Part shown: piece after piece, positions 10,672-20,317 of the stretch
Layout: the number at the start of each line of letters is the position of its first letter
How positions within the stretch are numbered: the stretch's first letter is position 1
Notes under the pieces: generated by a model
Databases searched by the model: none
What the model saw: the letters and a program-made list of their open reading frames with translations, nothing else
What the model was told of the DNA's origin: nothing
From: a virus
Taxonomy: Duplodnaviria; Heunggongvirae; Uroviricota; Caudoviricetes
DNA length: 64,000 nucleotides
Virus record (IMG/VR): IMGVR_UViG_2974586480_000001
Reading direction: 5' to 3' (one strand)
Made by a program: the position numbers and the translations under genes

Positions 10672-10706
10672 CCATAATAAAAAAGAGGAGGAGATTTCTC
10701 TCGCTC
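10672..10706 (-). terminator. rho-independent terminator after the capsid/Ig-like ORF (minus strand)
   Basis: The minus-strand reading is GAGGAG-CGAGAGAAAT-CTCCTC followed by CTTTT. Confidence 0.5.
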
Positions 10707-10717
10707 CTCTTCGGATA

Positions 10718-11047
10718 TTAAGCTACTGTTACGACAGATACCGCAGAATCGGTTGAACCTGCTGCATTAGTGAAGACTACTTTATAGTTCCCACTGTCGC
10801 CTACTTGAGCATTCGCCTTGCTAAAGGTCGCTACATTACCGGTGCCGGTTGCACCAGCGATGTTAGAAGCCCCCTTCATCCACTTCCAGCTATCAGCTTC
10901 ATCAGCTGTAGCGGTTAGGTTAAGAGTAGCCCCGACGGCCACACTAACCGGTGTTGCTGGTTGAGTGGTTACTACCGGAGGGGTTAGGGCTTTACCTTCA
11001 GAACGCCAGAAGCATATGGGTTGCGGTGACGCAGACCAACTTCCATT
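10718..11047 (-). CDS. Ig-like (Big_2-type) domain ORF in the -1 frame relative to the capsid gene. Candidate programmed-frameshift C-terminal extension (decoration domain).
   Basis: The -1 frame is open from 11047 and overlaps the last roughly 63 nt of the capsid ORF. It encodes ...GKALTPPVVTTQPATPVSVAVGATLNLTATADEADSWKW...GNYKVVFTNAAGSTDSAVSVVTVA, which is Ig-like. There is no independent ATG or RBS, since the track start is a GTG. Confidence 0.45.
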   Translation of the reverse strand, partial: NGSWSASPQPICFWRSEGKALTPPVVTTQPATPVSVAVGATLNLTATADEADSWKWMKGASNIAGATGTGNVATFSKANAQVGDSGNYKVVFTNAAGSTDSAVSVVTVA

Positions 11048-11916
11048 TCAATCATCCACTTCTCATAGCTACCGTCTTTAGCCAGTTTCTCACGGCTTGG
11101 TGCACGAAGAACCATCTGTGTCCAATCCGACGGATCGAAGAAGTAGATAGCATCTTGCGGCATGAAACGGTTAGGAATCAGTTTGAACTCTTGACCAAGC
11201 GGGTCAACCAGGGTGCTAACATGAAGGTTAACTTCAGTGTCAACGTTGGTAAACATACGCATACGGTTTGCACCAGCACCACTCTTCTCTTGCAGAGAGC
11301 TGAAGAAGGAAGCATGTTTCGGGTGGAACATGATGATGTTCGCACTAGAACCAGCCAGGTACAGTTGATAGGTAAGGTCAAACAGTTCAGCTTCGGTGAA
11401 TACACCAGATGCGGCAGAAGTTTTGTTAACAATTGCCCCAGTATCTGGGTCAGCTGCACCGGAAGCAGCAATCAGAGATTGGAAACCAGCAGTTTTACGA
11501 GCAGTGCTCGCATCACCATCAGCACGTACTTGTGCAGATAGCAGAATCACTTCCAAGTCACGCTTAATTTCCTTACCAGCTTTCTCCATCTGGTATTGCA
11601 GTTCGCGACCACGACCATAGTTGGCCAGCGCGTTAGCAGTATCAGAAACTTTTACAACCTTACGCAGAATCTGAGTAACGTTGGTTTTAACAGAGGTGTT
11701 AGCGGTAGTACCGTCAACAGCAGCAGCACCTTCAACAACTGCGTTCGAAGCATTCGGAGCAGCCAAGGTGTCAGTTTGCCATTGGAACAGAGTTTGCTGA
11801 ACAGCCTCTTTACCTACCATTGATACGAACGGGGTATCAGTTGGTGATAGGTTAGAGATCCAGTTGGCGAAAGATAGTTTTTTACCATTAAGGTCATACG
11901 AAGTTAATGTAGCCAT
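10984..11916 (-). CDS. major capsid protein
   Basis: 310-aa ORF directly downstream of the scaffold-like acidic protein and portal. It has a strong RBS, a terminator after it and an Ig-like ORF in the -1 frame. Confidence 0.65.
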   Translation of the reverse strand: MATLTSYDLNGKKLSFANWISNLSPTDTPFVSMVGKEAVQQTLFQWQTDTLAAPNASNAVVEGAAAVDGTTANTSVKTNVTQILRKVVKVSDTANALANYGRGRELQYQMEKAGKEIKRDLEVILLSAQVRADGDASTARKTAGFQSLIAASGAADPDTGAIVNKTSAASGVFTEAELFDLTYQLYLAGSSANIIMFHPKHASFFSSLQEKSGAGANRMRMFTNVDTEVNLHVSTLVDPLGQEFKLIPNRFMPQDAIYFFDPSDWTQMVLRAPSREKLAKDGSYEKWMIEMEVGLRHRNPYASGVLKVKP

Positions 11917-12057
11917 ATATTTATTTCTCCTCTACAGGTTTAAATAGGGATCCTAGTAAGAATCCCTTCTTGGGGTCGAATATTTATCAATCACATTTAC
12001 CCCACATACGATTATAAATAAGGATCATTTGTCAAATTCCATTACAGAAATTTAACA

Positions 12058-13125
12058 TTAATCTTCTAAAAAGTTAAACATACTATCAACATCTTTAGTA
12101 CCGAAGGATCCTTTCTCCAATTTCTTGATTAATTGGATCTTCTGTGGAGGAGTTGAAGTCTCCTGTTCTTTAGCATCTGCTTTAACAACTTTAGTCGGAG
12201 ATTTTACAGCTTTCTTAATCTTGGCAGTAATTGAAGTCTTTGTACTATCGAATTGTTTTGCTTTGAACAAAGCTTTGAATACCACTGGATCAACACAGTT
12301 CTGAATCTCTTCTGGGTTAGCACCATTGTCTACAGCGTAGTGCATGAGTTCTACATATAGATCTTGACTCCAACCTGGAATATCCCGAGCAAGTACAGCA
12401 GAGCATTCACGAGCCTTGGTTTGAACCAAAGCTTCTTCATCAGCACGTTTCTTATCTTGGATAACTTTCATAGCATCCTGTATTTCACGCTGGCGTACTT
12501 GGTACTTCTCAAGAAACTCTTTGTTATCAACATATGCAGCTGGGTCACTCTTCGCAAGACCCGCCCAATCGAACCCATCATAATCTTCGATGACACGATC
12601 TGCTTCAAGCTTGGCAAGTTCTAGGAAATCAGCAATTTCTTTTGATTGTGTTTCAAAAGCTACTCTAGCATCTTCAAATTCTTTACGCTCTGAAGATAGA
12701 GCTTCTGCATCTTTATAACCCTTAATAGCTTCAGCTAGGCTTACAGTTTCACCACCTGGCAGTGTTACCTCATATGCTTCATAGTCAACTGTTTCTTCTT
12801 CAGAATCATCGTCAGAGTCATCATCGCTTGAATCATCAGAGTCGGTGTCATCATTATCATCAGAATCTTTATCATCACCATCGGTATCATCAGAAGAATC
12901 TTCATCATCAATTTTATCAAAGTCAAACTCAGACTCTACTTCATGGTTTTCATCTTCAACATTATCAGCCTCAACCTCTTTAGTCGGTTCAGGTTTTGCA
13001 GCTTCTGGTTTAGTTGATTTATCAACAACACTAATATTGTCATCATCAAGGGAGAAGAAATCTACATTCTTCATATCCAAAACCATTTCATCAGCAACTA
13101 CAACTTCGTTAGTATCCATATTCAA
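12058..13125 (-). CDS. scaffolding protein
   Basis: 355 aa and extremely acidic, with D/E/S-rich runs, positioned between the portal and capsid genes. Confidence 0.6.
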   Translation of the reverse strand: MNMDTNEVVVADEMVLDMKNVDFFSLDDDNISVVDKSTKPEAAKPEPTKEVEADNVEDENHEVESEFDFDKIDDEDSSDDTDGDDKDSDDNDDTDSDDSSDDDSDDDSEEETVDYEAYEVTLPGGETVSLAEAIKGYKDAEALSSERKEFEDARVAFETQSKEIADFLELAKLEADRVIEDYDGFDWAGLAKSDPAAYVDNKEFLEKYQVRQREIQDAMKVIQDKKRADEEALVQTKARECSAVLARDIPGWSQDLYVELMHYAVDNGANPEEIQNCVDPVVFKALFKAKQFDSTKTSITAKIKKAVKSPTKVVKADAKEQETSTPPQKIQLIKKLEKGSFGTKDVDSMFNFLED

Positions 13126-13346
13126 TTCTCCTCAACTAGGTTAACATACTCTTGCAGCTTCTTTGTAAGTTCTTCGATAGCCTTAGTAAGCATGTATAAC
13201 TCTTCACGTCGTTCTTTCTCTTTGAAGTCGGTTCGAATTATATCAAGAGCAATATCTTTTTTAATTTCATCAAGTATAAAGGAGAGGGAGTCTTCCCCCT
13301 CCATTAATTGTTTTACTTTATAAATAATGTGTTTCATCTCAGGCAT
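13122..13346 (-). CDS. hypothetical small protein (head-assembly module)
   Basis: 74-aa ORF overlapping both neighbours between the portal and scaffold genes. Confidence 0.4.
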   Translation of the reverse strand: MPEMKHIIYKVKQLMEGEDSLSFILDEIKKDIALDIIRTDFKEKERREELYMLTKAIEELTKKLQEYVNLVEEN

Positions 13347-15439
13347 TATTTAATCCTCCCAAGATCAACAGCCCGTGCTTGTCTAGATTCCATCTGAGCT
13401 TCAATAAGCATTGTCTGACGTTTCAGCTCAATCTTCTGTTCTTCAAGCTCAAGTCTCAATCTTTCAAGCTCTAGTCGTTGTGCCTCTAGACTAACCTTGT
13501 CAGCAGATTCATCTTGCTTACTCAATGACTCTTCTTTACGCATTGTCATTTCATCAGCAGCTTTCTGTTGTTCAAACACCAACTTCTCACGTTCATTCTG
13601 AATATCAGACATAAGTTTCTGAGTCATGACCTGAGCATTCTTTACTTGCTCCATCATAAGTTGAAGCTGTGCTTGCTCTGCTGGGTTAGGTTGTGGTTCA
13701 GGTAGTTTATCCAACGGAGTAATGAAGTTCTCGACATCATACAGACCTAGGGACTCAAGAAGTTGAGAACCCATATGGTATGCATTATTGTCTTGGAAGA
13801 ACTTGTTCATCTGTGGAACTTGAGTGAAGGTCATCAACGCAGCTTGGATAGCAGCAGACCGTTCACGTCTTTCTCCATCACCAACAGCAACAGATACAAC
13901 CATCTCGGAACGGGGTGGAAGAGTCTTAGGGTCAATTGTTATAACACCTTGTGCAGTCTCTACTGGAATTGGCTTGGAACCATTTTGTCTAACAAGTTCA
14001 TAGATACCAAGCATCAGCTCCATCATACCACGTTGAGCAATGTTTCTTGCAACCATACGTAGTCTATTTTGTGCAGCAGTCATTACCATGTTAACAGTGG
14101 CTGTTGAGTTATCATTCTTGAAAACATTCGGATCAAGTCCTTGACCAACTCTGCTCACACCTGTCCGCATTTCTTTCTTAGACTCAGTGTATTCTAGCAA
14201 CTGCGTAATTCCATTTGGTAACTGATGATAATCCATTGGAGTTACTGCACCAAGGCTTTGCACTTCAACAACACCACCTGGTCTGTTGTTTAATAAGGAT
14301 TGTCTATCGTACGCACCCTTCACAGCCATATAGCGTCTAAAGTTCGCATTCATTACATTATCAATGATACCACGTACAAGGTTTGTATTTAAATCTTGAA
14401 TATCCTTGGTAATATCAAACACAGATTCACCCCAAATAGTTCCAGGAACTGGGAAAGGTGAGAATGTTTCGAACGGATGTTCAGACACTCGATTCACCTC
14501 TAGAATCTGAGTATGGATTGTGAATACTTGTAGTGTTTCTAAACGACCTGTTGCACATGATGTACGAATGTAATGTTCATATAGCCAAATCTTATCAGAG
14601 TGTTTATCACCTACACTTAATACATCACTTACGTTAAGAGGTGTTAGATTATTAACACGAGCATTTGCAATCACACCTGCTGTAATATCACTAGAGGCTG
14701 GGTTCATCTCCTCAACAATTTCCATTGGGAAACCCATCTTGATCAGTTGGTCTTTTGTCTTACGAACACGGTGTGCAATGTAGTTGGTATCACGGAGAGA
14801 AGTAGCAGTCGGTTCGATGATTACTTGCTCAAAAGGCACGTACTCTACCTTAACACCTTCAACCAGTTTTTCGTATTTAATAGAACCTGAGATCAAACCA
14901 TTATCATCTTCCTCAGAACTCATCTCTTGAATCTCACCTTCAATGTTCATTAGGTAAGTGTCAAACTCTTGTTGAGTCATCTCTGAGAAATCTTCTTCAA
15001 TAACATCTTTGTAACTTTGCCAGTATCTTTTAACGAACGAGTTACGAGTTACTAGACACTCTTTGAAAGCATCATTCAAAACATTGTAACCTTGGTTCTC
15101 ACGTAGCAAAATTTTATTAACCATTTTGGTTGCAGCAATAGATGCTACACCATCTTCTGAATTAACAGGAGCAAACTTAACTGCATCTGAACCTGAAGTA
15201 AATACACTCACTAACTCTTGTAGTGTACCATTCACAGACTCCCATACAGTTCTGTCCACCCATTTACTAGAACCTTTTTGTACAGGCTCTGGTAAGTTAC
15301 CATAGTAATAATCCCAACCCATACGGGTTCTCACTCCAAGCTCACCTTCATGATAACCAAGTGCATGGTTTTGATAGATACCAAGTTGAGCCTGGAGTTC
15401 TAGTAGTTTATCATCGCTTAGTTTTAAATTACCGTTCAT
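13346..15439 (-). CDS. portal protein
   Basis: 697-aa ORF immediately downstream of the large terminase, with an acidic coiled-coil C-terminus. Assignment rests on size and position. Confidence 0.65.
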   Translation of the reverse strand: MNGNLKLSDDKLLELQAQLGIYQNHALGYHEGELGVRTRMGWDYYYGNLPEPVQKGSSKWVDRTVWESVNGTLQELVSVFTSGSDAVKFAPVNSEDGVASIAATKMVNKILLRENQGYNVLNDAFKECLVTRNSFVKRYWQSYKDVIEEDFSEMTQQEFDTYLMNIEGEIQEMSSEEDDNGLISGSIKYEKLVEGVKVEYVPFEQVIIEPTATSLRDTNYIAHRVRKTKDQLIKMGFPMEIVEEMNPASSDITAGVIANARVNNLTPLNVSDVLSVGDKHSDKIWLYEHYIRTSCATGRLETLQVFTIHTQILEVNRVSEHPFETFSPFPVPGTIWGESVFDITKDIQDLNTNLVRGIIDNVMNANFRRYMAVKGAYDRQSLLNNRPGGVVEVQSLGAVTPMDYHQLPNGITQLLEYTESKKEMRTGVSRVGQGLDPNVFKNDNSTATVNMVMTAAQNRLRMVARNIAQRGMMELMLGIYELVRQNGSKPIPVETAQGVITIDPKTLPPRSEMVVSVAVGDGERRERSAAIQAALMTFTQVPQMNKFFQDNNAYHMGSQLLESLGLYDVENFITPLDKLPEPQPNPAEQAQLQLMMEQVKNAQVMTQKLMSDIQNEREKLVFEQQKAADEMTMRKEESLSKQDESADKVSLEAQRLELERLRLELEEQKIELKRQTMLIEAQMESRQARAVDLGRIK

Positions 15440-15450
15440 ATACTCTCCAG

Positions 15451-16953
15451 TTAATAGTTAAGGTTAAAGTTATCGCCTTCCCACATATCTTTATATGCAG
15501 AGTTGAATCCAGCGGCACCTTCACCTGCGCTCACACCTCTAGTTATCACAGATAGTGCTGAGTAACGCATAGCATCCAATGTGTCATCGAACTTCTTGAC
15601 AATCTTCCCATCCTTGCGATGATATCTTCTAAGTTCTTCGAATACTCGTCCACATGTCTTAAACACTTTGAAACGCCCAGTCTTCATTCGTTGTAGAATT
15701 TCCATAATACCTGGCTCTACAAAATTATTCTTTTTACCATCTGGGCCAATAGGGTTATAGAATGTATCAATCTGTGCATTCACACCAGCTTCTCTGTAAT
15801 ACTGGGCTACCGTCTTACCTGAACCTCTTTCAGTATTATCGGCATCGTGTGGTAGAATGACAGGGATCCAAGGCCCTCTGGCATTAATGGCAGTAGCGTG
15901 CATAGCAGGAACATCAGCGTTACCATGGTATGCATCATAAACATAAATCGTATCAGTAGCTCCATCATACGCAGTCCATACGGCAGCAGTATCGTGAGCA
16001 ATACCAATATCAACACCACAGACTCTACGCCAGTGGCTAGGAATATCTATAGGATCACAGGCTACATCTTTTTCGGACATGTCATAAATTAAACCTTCAC
16101 CCATCATCGGAATACCTCTTGATCTCATATCATGTTGCCACTCTGGGATTGATGCTAACAACTCTTTCTTCGTCTCTTCATCTAGGTGAGGAGCGTCATC
16201 CCATGTAGCGTTTTGAAAATACAGAACACCTTTATCATTTTTCATGAACAGGTCAACCAGTTCAGTCAATCCATTTTCTGGTGTTGCTGTGATAGTAATA
16301 AGACCTGCTGTTGTAGCAGTACGTGTAACACATTGGGAGTAGATCTTCATTGAGTTGAATGGATCTTCTTCATCTATCCAAATATAATCTACAGTTGCAC
16401 CCATCAATACGTGTTCACCTTGTTGTGTAGAACGGAATTCCAAAGTTGAGAATCCATCTTCAATTCCATTCTTATCGAAGTGACGAACCTTTGCAATCTT
16501 GATAATGTTTCCATCTTTCTCTAAATGATCGAAGTCAATATAATCTCTAGGTATTGCACCCGTTCCCAGTTCCTTTGTATCTTTACCGGACTCTGTTCCA
16601 AACAACTCTTTTTGTAGAACCTTTCTTGTGGAATCTCCGGTAATACCTACGCACCAGCATAGGATCGGCTTATCAAAGCGATGTCCCTCCCACCAATCGG
16701 GATACTTGCCCGTCAGGTGAAAAGCAACCTCAGCGGCCTCTGAGTAACTTTTCCCTACACGGTTGGCCGCGCAAAGGAATCGTCTTTTGAAATCTGCCGA
16801 AGCTTTATAAAACTTCTTCTGGAATTCATACGGGTCAAACTTATCTATCTTGTTATATCGATCATACTCATCACGCATCTCTAGAACTTCAAGGAGTTCC
16901 TCTTTTAAATCATCGGGAAGCTTTTCCCAATCCAAATCAGAAAGATCAAACAT
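15451..16953 (-). CDS. terminase large subunit
   Basis: 500 aa. There is a Walker-A-like 'AANRVGKS' motif near the N-terminus and an acidic nuclease-like C-terminal half. The gene sits upstream of the portal. Confidence 0.75.
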   Translation of the reverse strand: MFDLSDLDWEKLPDDLKEELLEVLEMRDEYDRYNKIDKFDPYEFQKKFYKASADFKRRFLCAANRVGKSYSEAAEVAFHLTGKYPDWWEGHRFDKPILCWCVGITGDSTRKVLQKELFGTESGKDTKELGTGAIPRDYIDFDHLEKDGNIIKIAKVRHFDKNGIEDGFSTLEFRSTQQGEHVLMGATVDYIWIDEEDPFNSMKIYSQCVTRTATTAGLITITATPENGLTELVDLFMKNDKGVLYFQNATWDDAPHLDEETKKELLASIPEWQHDMRSRGIPMMGEGLIYDMSEKDVACDPIDIPSHWRRVCGVDIGIAHDTAAVWTAYDGATDTIYVYDAYHGNADVPAMHATAINARGPWIPVILPHDADNTERGSGKTVAQYYREAGVNAQIDTFYNPIGPDGKKNNFVEPGIMEILQRMKTGRFKVFKTCGRVFEELRRYHRKDGKIVKKFDDTLDAMRYSALSVITRGVSAGEGAAGFNSAYKDMWEGDNFNLNY

Positions 16954-17088
16954 TGTAGCACCTCGTCGCTTCGTTGAAAATAAATAAGGAGCACCGAAAA
17001 CTCCTCATGACTGTTTATGGTTTTGTTGGTCTTACACTTACGTAGCCTTGGCTCAGTTTACACCAGCAACCCTCTCGGTTTTAAACAC

Positions 17089-17478
17089 TTACTCTTCAGA
17101 GTCAGATTCACTAAGTACCTTAGCTCTTTGAAGTAGCTGTTGTAACTTAGCATCCATCTCACCTTTCGTCATTCTCTTATCATCCATCTGTACCTCAATA
17201 GAAGCAGCCTTCGGATAGATAAGATCTGAAATTTTAGCTGCTGCCTTGAATCGTAACTCTGGCGGCATCTCAGGATCTTGCATAATATCCATTAGGATTT
17301 CTTCTGAACTCAAACCTGATTCTTGTCTGGAAGCAACACGATCCAACATCAGTTGAGTCATCTTGTTACGTGAACCTTTAGGTCTTCCACCACCAGGATT
17401 CCCAGGTTTAAAGTGGTTGAGTTTGTTGTGGTACAGTGGGTGCATTTCAGAGTCTTGGTTCTTTAGATCTTCTTCCAT
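17089..17478 (-). CDS. putative terminase small subunit
   Basis: 129-aa first gene of the minus-strand operon, with a 'GNPGGGRPKGS' DNA-binding-type motif and a strong RBS (AAAGGAGGAG). Confidence 0.45.
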   Translation of the reverse strand: MEEDLKNQDSEMHPLYHNKLNHFKPGNPGGGRPKGSRNKMTQLMLDRVASRQESGLSSEEILMDIMQDPEMPPELRFKAAAKISDLIYPKAASIEVQMDDKRMTKGEMDAKLQQLLQRAKVLSESDSEE

Positions 17479-17500
17479 ATTCTCCTCCTTTAGGTTTACT

Positions 17501-17562
17501 TATGAGGTTAAGTCATAAGGATGAGAGCCTTTACTATTTCTCTGTCCATGAATAACTTAACC
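17501..17562 (-). promoter_or_regulatory. Perfect 10-bp inverted repeat (GAGGTTAAGT ... ACTTAACCTC) in the leader of the late operon
   Basis: Seen directly in the sequence. The stem encloses about 42 nt and ends 10 nt before the RBS of the putative small terminase gene. Confidence 0.4.
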
Positions 17563-17629
17563 TCAGAGTCCCACCATCCTCACCGATTTCTCCTGTTTCA
17601 TCTATCGAAATCACTCAATACCTAAGTAG

Positions 17630-17860
17630 TCCATGACACTGGAAAACATTACAAATCTTTAACACTGGAGAAAACAATAGCCTTCATGCCATGTGATAGA
17701 GATCAATCAAACACTGGAAAGAAAAGGTATAAGTTATATGGCGAAGCCTTACCTTCATGGCTAGTCATAACATGCCCAGTCATATCACACTGAAGATAGT
17801 ACATGCCCGGACATTCCCTCATGCCCCTTGATACATGCCTACTCATACAGGGGTGATAGC
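17630..17860. repeat. iteron-like short direct repeats (ACACTGGAA x3, CATGCC x4)
   Basis: ACACTGGAAAA, ACACTGGAGAA and ACACTGGAAAG lie at about 17639, 17665 and 17713. Four ACATGCC/TCATGCC copies lie within 17761-17850. Confidence 0.45.
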
Positions 17861-18119
17861 TACCTTAGGATACCCTCTCTTTTATATCGTGATTTCGGGG
17901 TATAGGAGGTATAGCGTCCTCTCTCATTTTTAAAAAGGGGAAGTGGGTCAGCTCCACACGGCACCATGTTAGTGATTACTACGCCTGAAAACCTTTTGCC
18001 ACCTCATATCCAGAGTCACTCACCTCATTAGTATCAAGTGTAATCAAAGCCCGTACACTCATTCACCTGTATATCTATCCAGTGATAAGCCATGCCACAT
18101 ACTGTATGGAATCCCAGCT

Positions 18120-18245
18120 ATGTGTATATATCCAGTGTATACCCCTCCCCCTCCCCCTGCCCCATATGGATACCCGTACAATATATGCAAGGGCCATGCC
18201 ACCTTATGGTATACAGGACACCCCATACCCCATATGGTTTACCGT
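18120..18245. repeat. C-rich tract plus two CCCATATGG palindromic boxes
   Basis: CCCCTCCCCCTCCCCCTGCCCCATATGG and ACCCCATACCCCATATGG occur about 70 nt apart. Confidence 0.35.
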
Positions 18246-19048
18246 TAATTTATTTCTTGACAAGTGTATATGAATGGCCGCCCCGTCTCTCATAAGGCTA
18301 GTATCATGTGTAACAATCACCACACAATGACCCTCTCAAATGAGAATAGATATGATTAAGGTTTACTATCAAAGGCTCCGCCCATTGATAGAAATATTCT
18401 CTTAATGAGAATTATCCTTTCCTTCTGTTTTCAGTGTTTCTTTTGTATGAGGTAAACAGTTGCGCACGGTCTGATATTGTGCTAACGGCTCTCCCTTTCG
18501 TGCGCGTTAACATGCCTTGTCAATGAGAGTCAATAGGGATAAGAGATATATTATAGTTTTGCCTGAAACTATCCTGTTTTGTCTTGTGTACAAACTAATT
18601 TTAAGGCACCTAGAAAGCGATTAGAGCGATCCAATTATTTTAATGAGCCGTCATAGCCCCCTGTTTAAAGGGATTGATTCTAGACCCCTTACAGGCTGTA
18701 TTTAACATCTCATTAACAATCATTAATATCAGGTGATATCAATAGTTGGCACGGTTATTGTAACGCGCATATGCGATCATCTACCTATTGGGGCGGATTG
18801 CTGGGGCTAGATATGTATCAGGGATTTTTATCGTTATGAGTAAAATTATTTGTTGCATTGTTTTGTAGGTGTGTCATTCTATCCGTGTTCCCAGTGAACA
18901 CCGCTCTTTAAAAACTTACCTTGATACCTCTCACAAAGGTCTATCCTTTGTTGTGTGTAGGTCGCCTAGTTGATTAGCTCCCCTTGTAAGGCCGGAAGGC
19001 ATAGAGGAATGAAAGATAAGGTGTTCACGATAGCAGCGTTAAAAAGGG

Positions 19049-19077
19049 TTTGACAGTGTGAAAGGGTAAAGGTAAAG
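19049..19077 (+). promoter_or_regulatory. candidate sigma70-type promoter (TTGACA, 17-nt spacer, TAAAGT)
   Basis: A TTGACA at 19049, a 17-nt spacer and a TAAAGT -10-like hexamer, on the plus strand. Confidence 0.3.
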
Positions 19078-19084
19078 TGAGCAC

Positions 19085-20274
19085 ACTATCACGGAAGGTT
19101 ACACCGACCCAGACCGAAAGGTTAGCCGAAAGGCTGGAAGGGCACGGATAATCAGGCCGAAAGGCTGTGATAGATAGACAAGAGGTGAGAAGGCAGAATT
19201 GCCCAAAGCCATAGGCTAGTAACCTTTTGTTAGTCGGGACGGTGGCAAACCGTCTAAGGTAGAGGCAGAATTGCCCAAGAATACACCGGCGAACACCGCT
19301 TGACAGTCCGGCGAAAGCTAGACTAGAATGGCGGCAAGGGATAAGAAGTTGTCCCGAATATCTGGCCTAGTGCCATGCCAACGGCATCAATTGCTAAGGC
19401 GACTGCTCTTTAAAAAGTTGGTATCTGGATTCGCTGTAATTGGCAAGCATTCCTAAGGGATTAGCGAGCGATTACAAAAGGTGAAAAAAGATATTGACGA
19501 GAGCAAAGCAGCCCTGTAAAGTGGGCGGAATAGTGAGGGGGAACACTTTAACAACCCTATCGCCGATAATGTAAGCGATTAGCTCATTAACAATTTGGTA
19601 AATGATTTGTTGGCTGTATGCTGGCCATACCCAACAAGTAACGGTGGATTCAAAGCGGGTAATGTAAGGGTCAATCCTTGCACGTATCAGCCAAGATCTA
19701 AGCTGAAAATCAGAGCTTAAACCGGAATAATGCGAAACGGGACGGCGGGAGCTTAGTCTGAATCATAGTGGTGCCCATTGACAAAAGGGCCACTCCCTGA
19801 GGAAACGGATTAACATTAGGAAAGTTTAACGGCCCAAGGGGGCGGCTGTAATAGGTAGTGATCGAAGTGTGTAGCGATAAGCTGTAATCATTTGCCAGAC
19901 CACTGGAAAACTGTTTTCCTAGTTGGTTAGATCCTTAACAATTTGTAATCGGTAAAGCTAACGTGAGCGGGGTAATTGACCGCAAAATCGGTTGAGGCTG
20001 AGATCGTAAAAGCTGGGCTTAAACTGTCAGCGCCCGCTAAATCAAAACGACTCAAAAACGTCCGCAAAATGTAGCGACGATCAAAGCCAAGATAGTGAGC
20101 CGACGTGCTACCCTGAAAAGTAGCGCCCGATGATAAACAGGTGAAAACCGTTTAGGCAAAGGGAAGGATCTCTAACTGGAAAGATCAGATCCAGAGGTGG
20201 CAACTCTCCAAAAGTTGCAACGTGTTAACCTAGTCAAGGTTTGCACGTTAAAGCGCTGTAATTAACAGCGTTTT
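19085..20274 (+). ncRNA. Candidate large structured ncRNA. The region is ORF-free and GNRA-tetraloop rich, and is bounded by a promoter-like site and a plus-strand terminator.
   Basis: There is no ORF of 60 aa or more on either strand. There are many strand-specific hairpins with GAAA/GNRA loops (ACCGAAAGGT, GCCGAAAGGC, GGCCGAAAGGCT, GCGAAAGC), A-rich loops with perfect stems (GCAAC-tctccaaaa-GTTGC, GGAAAAC-tg-TTTTCC) and direct repeats (AGGCAGAATTGCCCAA x2). A terminator lies at 20254..20274. Confidence 0.4.
20254..20274 (+). terminator. rho-independent terminator
   Basis: CGCTGT-AATTA-ACAGCG followed by TTTT. Confidence 0.5.
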
Positions 20275-20317
20275 ATAGTGTAAATCCGTCAGCCATCAAG
20301 TTAAGAAGGAATACCAA

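Noticed and set aside
11917-12057. sigma70 promoter upstream of the capsid gene (TTGACA ... TATAAT on the minus strand)
   Set aside because: The spacer between the -35 and -10 hexamers is only about 13 nt.
18082-18295. 63-aa and 67-aa plus-strand ORFs in the C-rich repeat tract
   Set aside because: They have low-complexity Pro/Tyr-rich translations over a repetitive C-rich tract, with no RBS. They are most likely noncoding.
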